Assembly: GCA_963727485.1 (NCBI GenBank)
Contig: CAVSGM010000002.1
Location: forward strand, 1,408,001 to 1,472,000
DNA from: an uncultured delta proteobacterium
Lineage (GTDB): Bacteria > Myxococcota > Myxococcia > SLRQ01
Direction of reading: 5' to 3'
Length of the DNA: 64,000 bases
Shown: one piece after another, positions 10,055-19,055 of the stretch
Layout of the letters: every line of letters starts with the position of its first letter
Numbering within the stretch: position 1 is the stretch's first letter
Notes under the pieces: generated by a model
Database searches by the model: none
Told to the model about the DNA's origin: nothing
Seen by the model: the letters and a program-made list of their open reading frames with translations, nothing else
Program-made: the position numbers and the translations under genes

Positions 10055-11290
10055 CTACTGCACGGTCACCTGCACCAGGGACGGCGCCGAGGTCACCACC
10101 CCGTCGGAGACCACCAGGGAGAAGGTGAGGGTGCCGGCGGCGGTCGGGGCCACGAAGGTGGGGCTTTCGGTGGTGGCCGCGGCGAGCACCACCGGCGGGC
10201 CCCCGAGCTGGGTCCAGAGGAAGGTCAGCGCCTGGCCATCGGGATCCCCGGAGGCCGAGCCGTCGAGGGTCACCGGGTCCCCGGGGGCGACGGTCTGGTC
10301 GGGGCCGGCGTCGGCGAGGGGGGCGTGGTTCCCGGGGCCGGCGGTGACCGTGATGGCCACCGGCACCGGGGCGCCGGCGAGGGTGCCGTCGGTGGAGAGG
10401 AGCTCGAAGGCGAGGTGGGCGACCTGGTGGGGGGCGGTGAAGGCGGCGTGGGCCCCGGTGTCCGTGAGGGTCACCCGGGGCCCGGCGACCTGGCGCCAGG
10501 CGAGGGTCACCGGGTCGCCGTCGAAGTCGGCGGCGGTGCCCCCGAGGACCACCGGCTGCCCGGGGTCCACCGAGGCCGGGGCGGTGGCGGTGGCGATCGG
10601 GGCGTGGTCGGCGAGGGGCGGGGCGTCGACCCGGACCAGGAGGTCGTCGCGGGCGGTGAGGGTGCCGTCGCTGGCCTCGAGGCGGATGGGGACGATGGCC
10701 GGCGAGGCGGGGGCCTGGAACACGGCGGTGGGACCGGTGGCCAGCGGGCTCCCGTCGGCGCCGCGCCAGGTGAAGGTGAGGGGGTCGCCGTCGGGGTCGG
10801 TGCTCCGGCCGGCGTCGAGGTGGACCGCCCCGGTGGGGGCCACGGCGACGTCGGGGCCGGCGATGGCGAAGGGCGCCTGGTCGCCCCCGGAGAGGCGGAC
10901 CAGGACCCGGACCACGTCGGTGGCCTGGAGGCTCCCGTCCCGGGCGGTCAGGAGGAAGGTGAGGGCGCCGGGGGCGAGGGGGGCGGTGAAGCGGGTGAGG
11001 GGCGAGGCGGGATCCGAGAGGGTCACCGGGGGGCCGTCCACCTGGCTCCAGAGGACGTCGACGCTGGCGCCGCCGGTGGCGAAGGAGGCGCGGCCGTCGA
11101 GGAAGACCGCCGCGCCGGGGACGGCGACCTGGTCGCTGCCGGCGTTGGCGACCACCCCCTCGGGGGCGGCGGTGCCCCCGTCGGCGGTGGCCTGCCCGCC
11201 GCCGGGGTGGAAGCCGGGGAGGCTGGGCAGGTCGGTGCAGCCCGCGGCGAGGAGGAGGGCGGCGAGGGTGATGCGGGCCAGGGTGGACAT
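10055..11290 (-). CDS. Lipoprotein with about four tandem PKD/Ig-like (K319L-type) domains
   Basis: Lipobox LAAGC; repeated A(N/D)AGxDQxV..VxLDGxxSxDPDGxxLTFxWxQxxGPxV modules. Confidence 0.85.
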   Translation of the reverse strand: MSTLARITLAALLLAAGCTDLPSLPGFHPGGGQATADGGTAAPEGVVANAGSDQVAVPGAAVFLDGRASFATGGASVDVLWSQVDGPPVTLSDPASPLTRFTAPLAPGALTFLLTARDGSLQATDVVRVLVRLSGGDQAPFAIAGPDVAVAPTGAVHLDAGRSTDPDGDPLTFTWRGADGSPLATGPTAVFQAPASPAIVPIRLEASDGTLTARDDLLVRVDAPPLADHAPIATATAPASVDPGQPVVLGGTAADFDGDPVTLAWRQVAGPRVTLTDTGAHAAFTAPHQVAHLAFELLSTDGTLAGAPVPVAITVTAGPGNHAPLADAGPDQTVAPGDPVTLDGSASGDPDGQALTFLWTQLGGPPVVLAAATTESPTFVAPTAAGTLTFSLVVSDGVVTSAPSLVQVTVQ

Positions 11291-11388
11291 CTTGAGGATG
11301 GCGCCTTCGATCCCGAGCGGAGGGGCGGGTCGAGGATAGCACAGGCGACTTGCGGGTCGGCGACGGTCTCGGCTATGCCGGGCCGTGG

Positions 11389-13243
11389 ATGAGCGCGCGC
11401 TGTGATCTGGTGGTCGTGGGCGCCGGGCACGCCGGCTGCGAGGCCGCCCACGTGGCTGCGCGCCTGGGGTGCGCGGTCACGGTGGTGACCCTGCGCCGGG
11501 ACCGCATCGGCTGGATGAGCTGCAACCCGGCGGTCGGGGGCATGGCGAAGGGGCACCTGGTCCGGGAGGTCGACGCCCTCGGAGGGCTCATGGGCCGGGT
11601 CACCGACCGGGCCGCGATCCAGGTGCGCACCCTGAACACGCGCCGGGGGCCGGCGGTGCGCGGGACGAGGGCCCAGGTCGACCGGCGGCGCTACGCCCGG
11701 GAGATGGCCCGGGTGCTGCTGGCCACCCCGGGCATCACCGTCCGCGAGGGGATGGTCACCGAGGTCGTGGTGGAGGGGGGCGGTGGCGGCCAGCGGGTGA
11801 TCGGGGTGCGCCTCGAGGAGGGCGGCGAGCTCTCCTGCGCGGCGGTGGTGGTCACCGCCGGGACCTTCCTCAACGGCCTGGCCCACGTGGGCGAGGTGCG
11901 GACCGCCTGCGGGCGGGAGGGGGATCGGCCGGCGGTGGGGCTCTCGGCGTCGCTGGCGGCGCTGGGCCTCTCCCTCGGGCGCTTCAAGACCGGCACCACG
12001 CCGCGCCTCGACGGCCGGACCCTCGACCTCGAGGGCCTCGAGGTCCAGCCCGGGGACGCGGCGCCGCGGCCCTTCTCCCACGACACCGACCCGGCGCGGT
12101 TCCCCCTGCTCCCCCAGCGGCCCTGTCACCTGACCCACACCACCGAGGCGACCCACCGCCTGGTCCGGGAGAACCTCGGACAATCTCCCCTCTTCGCCGG
12201 GGCCATAGAGGGAACTGGACCTAGGTATTGTCCCTCTATCGAGGACAAGGTCCACCGCTTCGCCCAGCGCACCGCCCACCCGGTCTACCTCGAGCCCGAC
12301 GGCCTCGACACCGACGAGGTCTACCCGGGCGGCATCAGCACCAGCCTCCCGGCGGAGGTGCAGCAGGAGATGCTCCGGACGATCCCGGGCCTCGAGTGCG
12401 GTGGAGATCCTGCGGCCGGGGTACGCCATCGAGTACGACTACGTGCCCCCGACCCAGATCGAGGCGACCCTGGCGGTGAAGGGGATCCGGGGCCTCTACC
12501 TCGCCGGCCAGGTCAACGGGACCTCGGGCTATGAGGAGGCCGCGGCCCAGGGGCTCCTCGCCGGGCTGAACGCCGCCCGGGCGGTGGCCGGGGCGCCGGC
12601 GGTGCGCGTGCCCCGGGACCAGGCGTACCTCGGGGTGCTGGTCGACGACCTCACCACCGTCGGGACCCGGGAGCCCTACCGGATGTTCACCTCCCGGGCC
12701 GAGCACCGCCTGCGCCTCCGGGAGGACAACGCGGACCTGCGCCTCTCGGCCCTGGGGCACGCGGTGGGCCTCCTGCCGGAGGCGGCCGCGGCGCGAGCGG
12801 CGGCCCGGGGGGAGGCGGTGGCGCGGGAGGTGGCGCGCCTCGAGGGGACCCCGGTCGGCGATACCGGGGGCCGGGGGCCGAGCACCCTGGCCTCGATCCT
12901 CCGGCGCCCGGGGATGACCTACGCGGCCCTCGCCGACCGGGACCGGGGGCGGCCGGCCCTCGACCCGGCGACGGTGACGACCGTGGAGGTGGAGGTGAAG
13001 TACCGGGGCTACATCGATCGGGCGGCCCGGCGCCTCGCGGCGGTGGACGCCCTCGACGGGACCGAGATTCCCGACGGGTTTCCCTTCGCCGACCTCGCCG
13101 GGCTCTCCAGCGAGGTCCGGGAGAAGCTCCTGCGGCACCAGCCCCGGACCCTCGGGCAGGCGGGACGGATCAGCGGGGTGACGCCGGCGGCGGTGGACCT
13201 CCTCGCGGCCCATCTGCTCCGGGCCGGAGGCGCCTGTGGATGA
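11389..13243 (+). CDS. mnmG: tRNA uridine 5-carboxymethylaminomethyl modification enzyme MnmG (apparent frameshift ~12397)
   Basis: [40 protein letters not shown] in ORF 11350..12534; [34 protein letters not shown] in ORF 12401..13243. Confidence 0.96.
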
Positions 13244-13299
13244 TCTGTGGACGGTTTTTTGGACCTGCGTCTGGACTCGGGTTTCAAGGGGCCAGATGA

Positions 13300-13315
13300 T
13301 GTTCCACGTGGAACA
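13300..13315. promoter_or_regulatory. parS centromere site
   Basis: Perfect 16-bp palindrome TGTTCCACGTGGAACA matching the widespread parS consensus, upstream of parAB. Confidence 0.95.
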
Positions 13316-13332
13316 CCGGGTGTGGACAGGTC

Positions 13333-14004
13333 GTGGATAGGGCCGACGAGCTGAGGGGGCTGCTGGGGCCGGCCCTGGGCGCCCTGGGGCTGTCGGTCGA
13401 GGTCCCGGTCCTGGCCGGCCTCGAGGCCTATGACGCCCTCCTGCTCAAGTGGCAGGGGCGGGTGCGGCTGGTGGGGCGCACCGACGCCCGGACCCTGGCC
13501 GTGGTCCACCTCGCCGACGCGCTGACCGTCCTCCCGTTCCTGGCGCACCTGCCCGCCGGCGCCCGGGTGGTGGACGTCGGGACCGGCGCCGGCCTCCCTG
13601 GGATCCCGCTGGCCCTCGCCCGTCCCGACCTGGTCTTCGAGCTCGTCGAGCCCGACCACCGGAAGGCGGCCTTCGTGAAGGCGGCCGTCGCCGGGCTGGG
13701 GCTCCGCGGCGTGCGCGTCCACGCGCGGAGGGCCGAGGGGCGTCCGGCGGAGGAGGGGATCCCCACCGGGGACCTCGTGGTCTCCCGGGCGTTCCGGGCG
13801 CCCGAGGGGTGGCTGGCGCTCGCCCGGCACTACGCGCGGCCCGGGGGCCGGGTGGTGGCCATGATGGCCGCCCAGGCGCCGGACGACGAGGCCGGGCTGG
13901 TGGCGCTGGGAGCGCCGTGGGACCTCGAGCTGGTGCAGGTCTGGCGGGGGAGCCTCCCGGACCGGGGCGGCAGCCGGGTGATCGCGGCCTGGGCCGGGGG
14001 CTGA
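13333..14004 (+). CDS. rsmG: 16S rRNA m7G527 methyltransferase RsmG
   Basis: LLKWQ..RLVG, HLADAL, VDVGTGAGLPGIPLA, VSRAF; synteny mnmG-rsmG-parA. Confidence 0.95.
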   Translation: MDRADELRGLLGPALGALGLSVEVPVLAGLEAYDALLLKWQGRVRLVGRTDARTLAVVHLADALTVLPFLAHLPAGARVVDVGTGAGLPGIPLALARPDLVFELVEPDHRKAAFVKAAVAGLGLRGVRVHARRAEGRPAEEGIPTGDLVVSRAFRAPEGWLALARHYARPGGRVVAMMAAQAPDDEAGLVALGAPWDLELVQVWRGSLPDRGGSRVIAAWAGG

Positions 14005-14044
14005 GCGAGAGCGTCCCGGGGCCGGGCCACCCACAACGCCCCGA

Positions 14045-14060
14045 TGTTCCACGTGGAACA
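14045..14060. promoter_or_regulatory. parS centromere site (second copy)
   Basis: Perfect palindrome TGTTCCACGTGGAACA. Confidence 0.95.
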
Positions 14061-14282
14061 CCGGGGACCGGGCCCGTGACCATGCATCACATGCCATGCC
14101 CGGCAGCCGCCGACCGCCTCCCCCCGGCCGGCCAAGACCGCCCCCGCCCCAGGACCGGGGGGCCGCCGCAACCCCCCCGCCCCGGCCCCCAGCCGCGGAC
14201 CCCAGGTCAGCCCGCTTCGGCCCCACAGCAGCAGCCCGCGCCTCCGCAACCCCCCGCGATCCGGCCCCGCGGGGACATCGCC

Positions 14283-14311
14283 TTGTCACCGTCTGGCCAG
14301 CGTGCTACACG
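14283..14311 (+). promoter_or_regulatory. Candidate sigma70 promoter for parAB
   Basis: TTGTCA-17 bp-TACACG with extended TGn, about 70 bp upstream of the parA ATG. Confidence 0.45.
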
Positions 14312-14379
14312 CCACGGGCTCGCCGGGTGGAAGCTGCCGCCCGCGCTCCCCGCCGCCGCCGGAGGTACCAGTTCCGCCC

Positions 14380-15186
14380 ATGGGCCGGATCATCGCCATC
14401 GCGAACCAGAAGGGCGGGGTCGGGAAGACCACCACGGCGGTGAACCTGGGCGCCTCCCTCGCCGCCTCCGAGCGCCGGGTCCTGGTCGTCGACATGGACC
14501 CCCAGGGCAACGCCACCAGCGGCCTGGGCCTCGACAAGCAGGAGGTCCACCCGGGGATCTACGACGCCCTCATCGGCGAGGTCCCCCTCTCGGCGGCCAT
14601 CCACCACACCGAGCTCGCCTACCTCGACCTGGTCCCCGCCAACCGGGACCTCGCCGGGGCCACGGTGGAGCTGGTGGACCTCGACGCCCGCGAGTTCCGC
14701 CTCAAGCACACCCTCGCCGAGGTGGCCGCGGGCTACGACTACATCCTCATCGACTGCCCGCCGTCCCTGGAGCTGCTCACGGTCAACGCCCTGGCGGCCG
14801 CGGACACGGTCCTGGTCCCGCTCCAGTGCGAGTACTACGCGCTCGAGGGCATCACGGACCTGATGAACACCCTGGAGCTGGTCCGCGGTGGCCTGAACCC
14901 GGCGCTGAAGGTCGAGGGCATCGTCCTCACCATGTACGACGCCCGGAACAACCTCTCCCACCAGGTCCGCGACGAGGTCCAGCGGCACTTCTCCGCCCAG
15001 GTCTTCGAGGCGATCGTGCCCCGGAACGTCCGCCTCTCCGAGGCCCCGAGCTTCGGCCGGCCCATCCTCCTCTACGACCTCGAGTCCAAGGGCAGCCAGG
15101 CCTACCTGACCCTGGCCGAGGAGATCCTCCGGCGCGACGCCGCCCCCGCCACCGGGGACGCGCCGCCCCCGGCCGACCTCGCCTGA
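14380..15186 (+). CDS. parA: Chromosome partitioning ATPase ParA/Soj
   Basis: ANQKGGVGKTTTAVNL, DMDPQGNATSGLG, IDCPPSL, QCEYYALEG, PRNVRLSEAPSFG. Confidence 0.98.
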   Translation: MGRIIAIANQKGGVGKTTTAVNLGASLAASERRVLVVDMDPQGNATSGLGLDKQEVHPGIYDALIGEVPLSAAIHHTELAYLDLVPANRDLAGATVELVDLDAREFRLKHTLAEVAAGYDYILIDCPPSLELLTVNALAAADTVLVPLQCEYYALEGITDLMNTLELVRGGLNPALKVEGIVLTMYDARNNLSHQVRDEVQRHFSAQVFEAIVPRNVRLSEAPSFGRPILLYDLESKGSQAYLTLAEEILRRDAAPATGDAPPPADLA

Positions 15187-15230
15187 ACCCCCTCGGGCCG
15201 GCCTCGCCCCCGGCCCCGAACGCCTGCCTC

Positions 15231-16133
15231 ATGTCCAACGGCCCCCAGAAGCCCTCGCGCCGCCCGGCCCTTGGCCGCGGTCTCTCCTCGCTCATCCAGA
15301 GCCCCGGCGGCGCCGCCGCCCCCTCCCCCGGCCCCGGCGCGGGCCGGCGGATCCTCGAGGTCCCCATCGAGCAGGTGGCGCCCCGGTCGGACCAGCCCAG
15401 GCGCCACTTCAAGGACACCGCCCTCGAGGAGCTCGCCGCCTCCATCCGCGAGCGGGGGGTGCTCTCGCCGATCCTGGTCCGCAAGCGCGGCGGCGGCTAC
15501 GCCATCATCGCCGGCGAGCGCCGGTGGCGCGCCGCCCAGCGCGCGGGGCTCAAGCAGGTCCCGGTGGTCCTCGAGGAGGCCGACGACGTCGAGGCCTTCG
15601 AGATCGCCCTCATCGAGAACATCCAGCGCGAGGACCTCAACCCCATCGAGGAGGCCGAGGCCTACGAGCGCCTCATGGGCCTCAACGGCTGGACCCAGGA
15701 GCAGTGCGCCGAGAAGGTCGGCAAGGAGCGCTCCTCGGTGGCCAACGCCCTGCGGCTGCTGAGGCTCCCCGACGGGGCCCGGGACGCGGTGATCGAGGGG
15801 CGGCTGGCCATGGGTCACGCCCGGGCGATGGTGGCCCTCGGCGAGGCGAAGGCCATCGAGAGCGCCACCCGGGAGGTCCTCTCCAAGGGCCTCTCGGTGC
15901 GGCAGACCGAGGCCCTGGTCCGCAAGCTGAAGCAGGGCGACGCCCCGGACCGTGGCCAGAAGGCCCCCCGGGAGGTCTCCCCAGCGGTGCGGGACCTGGT
16001 GGCCCGCCTCCAGCAGGTCCTGGGCACCCGGGTCCAGCTGCAGGACCAGGGAAACCGGGGCAAGCTGGTGATCACCTACGGGAGCCTCGATGACCTGGAC
16101 CGGGTCGTCGACCGGATTCTCGGCGACAAGTGA
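15231..16133 (+). CDS. parB: Chromosome partitioning protein ParB
   Basis: ALGRGLSSLI, QPRRHF, IIAGERRWRAA (CTPase box), LIENIQREDLNPIEEA, HTH KERSSVANALRLL. Confidence 0.98.
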   Translation: MSNGPQKPSRRPALGRGLSSLIQSPGGAAAPSPGPGAGRRILEVPIEQVAPRSDQPRRHFKDTALEELAASIRERGVLSPILVRKRGGGYAIIAGERRWRAAQRAGLKQVPVVLEEADDVEAFEIALIENIQREDLNPIEEAEAYERLMGLNGWTQEQCAEKVGKERSSVANALRLLRLPDGARDAVIEGRLAMGHARAMVALGEAKAIESATREVLSKGLSVRQTEALVRKLKQGDAPDRGQKAPREVSPAVRDLVARLQQVLGTRVQLQDQGNRGKLVITYGSLDDLDRVVDRILGDK

Positions 16134-16156
16134 GCTTCGCGGTATAAGAGCGAGCG

Positions 16157-16684
16157 ATGCCGTTCTGGAGCAAGGACAACGAAGGCGAGGCGGGCTCCCG
16201 CCCGACCGAGGCGCCGGGGGCCAAGACCCCGGCCCCCCGGGCCGAGCCCCCAAAAAAGGAGAAGACGATGGCGCGGGACGACCGTCAGACCGGTGACATC
16301 AACGCCCTGCTGGGCCGCGGGGCCACCTTCGAGGGCAAGCTGACCTTCGAGGGCACCGTGCGGGTCGACGGGACCTTCAAGGGTGAGATCTTCACCGACG
16401 AGGTCCTGGTGGTGGGCGAGGGCGCGAAGATCGAGGCCGAGATCAAGGTCGGCACCATCGTGGTCAACGGGGAGATCAAGGGCAACATCATCGCCAAGCA
16501 GGCGGTGGAGCTCCATCACCCGGCCAAGGTCTTCGGCAACATCACCACCCCGTCGCTCATCATCGACCGGGGCGTGATCTTCGAGGGCAACTCGAAGATG
16601 CAGAACCTCGAGAACAGCGGCGGGGCCCGCCCGGCCCAGACGCCCGCGACGCCCCAGACCCCGCCCAAGGCCGACCCGAAGTAG
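16157..16684 (+). CDS. bacM: Bactofilin (BacM-like polymer-forming cytoskeletal protein)
   Basis: LLGRGATFEGKLTFEGTVRVDGTFKGEI...GNITTPSLIIDRGVIFEGNSKM beta-helix; lies directly after parB like M. xanthus bacM. Confidence 0.88.
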   Translation: MPFWSKDNEGEAGSRPTEAPGAKTPAPRAEPPKKEKTMARDDRQTGDINALLGRGATFEGKLTFEGTVRVDGTFKGEIFTDEVLVVGEGAKIEAEIKVGTIVVNGEIKGNIIAKQAVELHHPAKVFGNITTPSLIIDRGVIFEGNSKMQNLENSGGARPAQTPATPQTPPKADPK

Positions 16685-16702
16685 CCCGGCCCCCGGGCGC
16701 CG

Positions 16703-17008
16703 CTAGTTCTCGACCCGGACCTGGATGATGATGGGCCGCTGGGCGTCGTCCCGGCCCACCAGCCGGGTGCTCCCCGGCTTGTGCCCGGTCACCCGGGCCT
16801 GCCCCGAGGGGAGCACCTCCAGGGACGCCACCGAGCTGTCCTCGGAGCTCAGCGTCTGGGGACGCCTCGGCAGGGGGAAGGTCACCGTCTTGCCGACCTT
16901 CACCACCACCACCTCCGGGGTCTGGGCCGCTGCCGGGCTCCCGGCCGCGAGCCCGAGCCCCAGGGCCATCAGGATGGCCGCCCCCACTCCCACCATGGTC
17001 CGTCGCAT
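16703..17008 (-). CDS. Small secreted protein resembling the pilus secretin N-terminal (CpaC-N-like) domain
   Basis: Signal peptide ending AAA; VVVKVGKTVTFPLP...SSEDSSVASLEV...VTGHKPGSTRLV. Confidence 0.65.
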   Translation of the reverse strand: MRRTMVGVGAAILMALGLGLAAGSPAAAQTPEVVVVKVGKTVTFPLPRRPQTLSSEDSSVASLEVLPSGQARVTGHKPGSTRLVGRDDAQRPIIIQVRVEN

Positions 17009-17146
17009 GCGCACGCCTCCTGGATCGAATCCCCTGGAGGATATGCCGGAGCCGGGCGTCCTCCAAGTGATTGGCTTCGACGGGGCCGCGCGCCGGGCAT
17101 TCGACCCGGTTGTGGATCTGGGCCCCGGGGCCGCTATGCTCCCTCC

Positions 17147-17992
17147 ATGAGCCGCCCCGGGACCGCGCCCCTCGTCGTCCTCCTCGCCGCCGGCCTCGCC
17201 GCCTCGCCGGCTTCGGTCGCCCGCGCCGCCGGCCCCGTGCCGGCCCCGGCCGCCGCCGTCGCCCCGTCGCCCCCCGCGCACCGCCCCGAGCGCCTGGTGG
17301 TCGACTGGGGCGTCGACGTCCCCGTGACGCTGGCCACCGGCGCCTTCTACCTGGGCCTGTCCCTCGGCGAGAGCCGCCAGCCCCTTGGCACCGGGGTGCC
17401 GGCGAAGCCCCCGGGGGGCCTCGACAGCCTGGCCGTCCTCAGCCTCCACCCGGCGCCCGCCCGGGCCGCCGACGTCCTCCTCGGGGCCACCCTGGCCCTG
17501 GCCTTCGGCGCCGACGTCGTCGACGGCTGGCACGACGGCATCCCCTGGAACCGGGTGATGCTCTACGTTGAGACCATCATGGTCGTCGGCGCGGTCACCG
17601 AGGGCACCAAGTGGGTCGTCCGGCGGCCTCGGCCCTACACCTACACGAAGCGCCTGGGCGTCCCCGACGACGACCTCTCGTTCTTCTCCGGCCACACCTC
17701 CAACACCGCCGCCGCGGCGTTCACCCTGGCCCGGACCCTCGACCTCGCCCACGACCTGGGCACCTGGGGGCGGGTGGGCGTCTATGGCGGGGCGACGGTG
17801 CTCACGGCGGTGGTCGGGGTCCTCCGGGTGGTCAGCGGCAAGCACTTCCCCTCGGACGTGATCGTCGGCGCCTGCGTGGGCGGGGCCATCGGCTTCCTCA
17901 TCCCCGAGCTCCACCGGGCCCCGGGGCTCATGGTCGCCGCCGCGCCCACCGCCGACGGCGGCTTCCACCTGGCCCTGGCCACGCGCTTCTAG
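17147..17992 (+). CDS. PAP2-family phosphatase, secreted/membrane
   Basis: KWVVRRPRP, SFFSGH, RVVSGKHFPSDV: the three PAP2 motifs. Confidence 0.92.
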   Translation: MSRPGTAPLVVLLAAGLAASPASVARAAGPVPAPAAAVAPSPPAHRPERLVVDWGVDVPVTLATGAFYLGLSLGESRQPLGTGVPAKPPGGLDSLAVLSLHPAPARAADVLLGATLALAFGADVVDGWHDGIPWNRVMLYVETIMVVGAVTEGTKWVVRRPRPYTYTKRLGVPDDDLSFFSGHTSNTAAAAFTLARTLDLAHDLGTWGRVGVYGGATVLTAVVGVLRVVSGKHFPSDVIVGACVGGAIGFLIPELHRAPGLMVAAAPTADGGFHLALATRF

Positions 17993-18031
17993 GCGCGCGG
18001 GTCGGCGCCAGGCGTGCAGGGCGCCCCGCGC

Positions 18032-18955
18032 CTAGTCCCCGTCGCGGGGGCTGCGGGCGGCCTCGGCCTCGGCCCGGAGCCGGCGCAGGTCGTCGCCCTC
18101 GAGCTCGTAGGCCTCGCCGCAGAACTCGCAGGTCACCGTGGCCCGGCCGTCCTCCTCGAGGATCTCCCCGAGGGTCTCGGGGCCGAGGCTGACCAGGCTG
18201 GTCTCCACCCGCTCCCGGTCGCAACCGCAGTGGAAGGCCACGTCGCTGCGGTCGAAGATCTCGAGGTTCTCACCGCCCTTGCCCTCGGCGCCGCCCATGA
18301 GCGCGTCGAGGAGGGCCCCGGCCGCCGGCGCCCCGGCCAGGGAGGCGAGGTGCTCGGCGAGCCACCCCTCGGCGAGCCGGGCCCGCACCGCCTCGAGGGC
18401 CGCGCGGTTCCCCCCGGGGAGGCGCTGGAAGAGCACCCCGGCGCAGGTCTCGGGCTGCCCGTCGGCGCCGAGGTGGGCGACGAGGTCCACCGCGCTCTCC
18501 ACCTGCTCCGAGGCCTCGAGGTAGGCCTCGACGCCCCGGGCCACGCTCCGGCCCGGGAGCTCCACGGTGCCCCGGTACCACTGGCCGGGGTTCATCTCCC
18601 GCAGGACGTTCACCAGCCCCCGGCTCCCGAAGGCCGGGGCGCAGAGCGACCCCTCGGGGCTCGGGAAGTCCACGGTGGGCACCCGGGCGTAGCCCCGGAC
18701 ACCGCCCTCGCTGTCGGCGTCGACGACCAGGCCCCGGATGGGCCCGTCGCACTCGATCTGGAGGTTCACCCGCCGGGGCAGCTTGTGGAGCCGGGCGAGG
18801 AGGATCCCCGCGGTCAGGGCCTCGGAGAGGACCCGGGCGGAGGTGGGGGCGCACCGGTGCCGGGCCACGCCTTCGCGGCAGGTCTCGGTGCTGACGACGG
18901 CGAGGGCCCGGAGATCGGCGTCCTCGACGATGGCTCTGACGAGGTGGTCGTGCAT
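18032..18955 (-). CDS. hslO: Redox-regulated chaperone Hsp33
   Basis: DHLVRA, LQIECDGP, SEQVESA, C-terminal FHCGC...VTCEFC zinc centre. Confidence 0.93.
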   Translation of the reverse strand: MHDHLVRAIVEDADLRALAVVSTETCREGVARHRCAPTSARVLSEALTAGILLARLHKLPRRVNLQIECDGPIRGLVVDADSEGGVRGYARVPTVDFPSPEGSLCAPAFGSRGLVNVLREMNPGQWYRGTVELPGRSVARGVEAYLEASEQVESAVDLVAHLGADGQPETCAGVLFQRLPGGNRAALEAVRARLAEGWLAEHLASLAGAPAAGALLDALMGGAEGKGGENLEIFDRSDVAFHCGCDRERVETSLVSLGPETLGEILEEDGRATVTCEFCGEAYELEGDDLRRLRAEAEAARSPRDGD

Positions 18956-19055
18956 GGGAACCGGCGACTGGGCGCCAGCCTCCAGCATGGCGCCCCCGGC
19001 CCCCGGCGTCAAAGGCGCCTCGCCCCGGGCCGCCGCCGCCCCGCCCGACCCGCGG

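Noticed and set aside
12390..12405. Programmed frameshift in mnmG
   Set aside because: No slippery heptamer is visible and similar breaks are scattered across the window, so sequencing error is more parsimonious.
13449..15230. Long N-terminal extension of ParB (894-aa ORF)
   Set aside because: It is an open shadow frame over rsmG and parA; ParB homology starts at ATG 15231.
17111..17119. Isolated DnaA-box-like TGTGGATCT
   Set aside because: A single mismatched 9-mer with no cluster; expected by chance.
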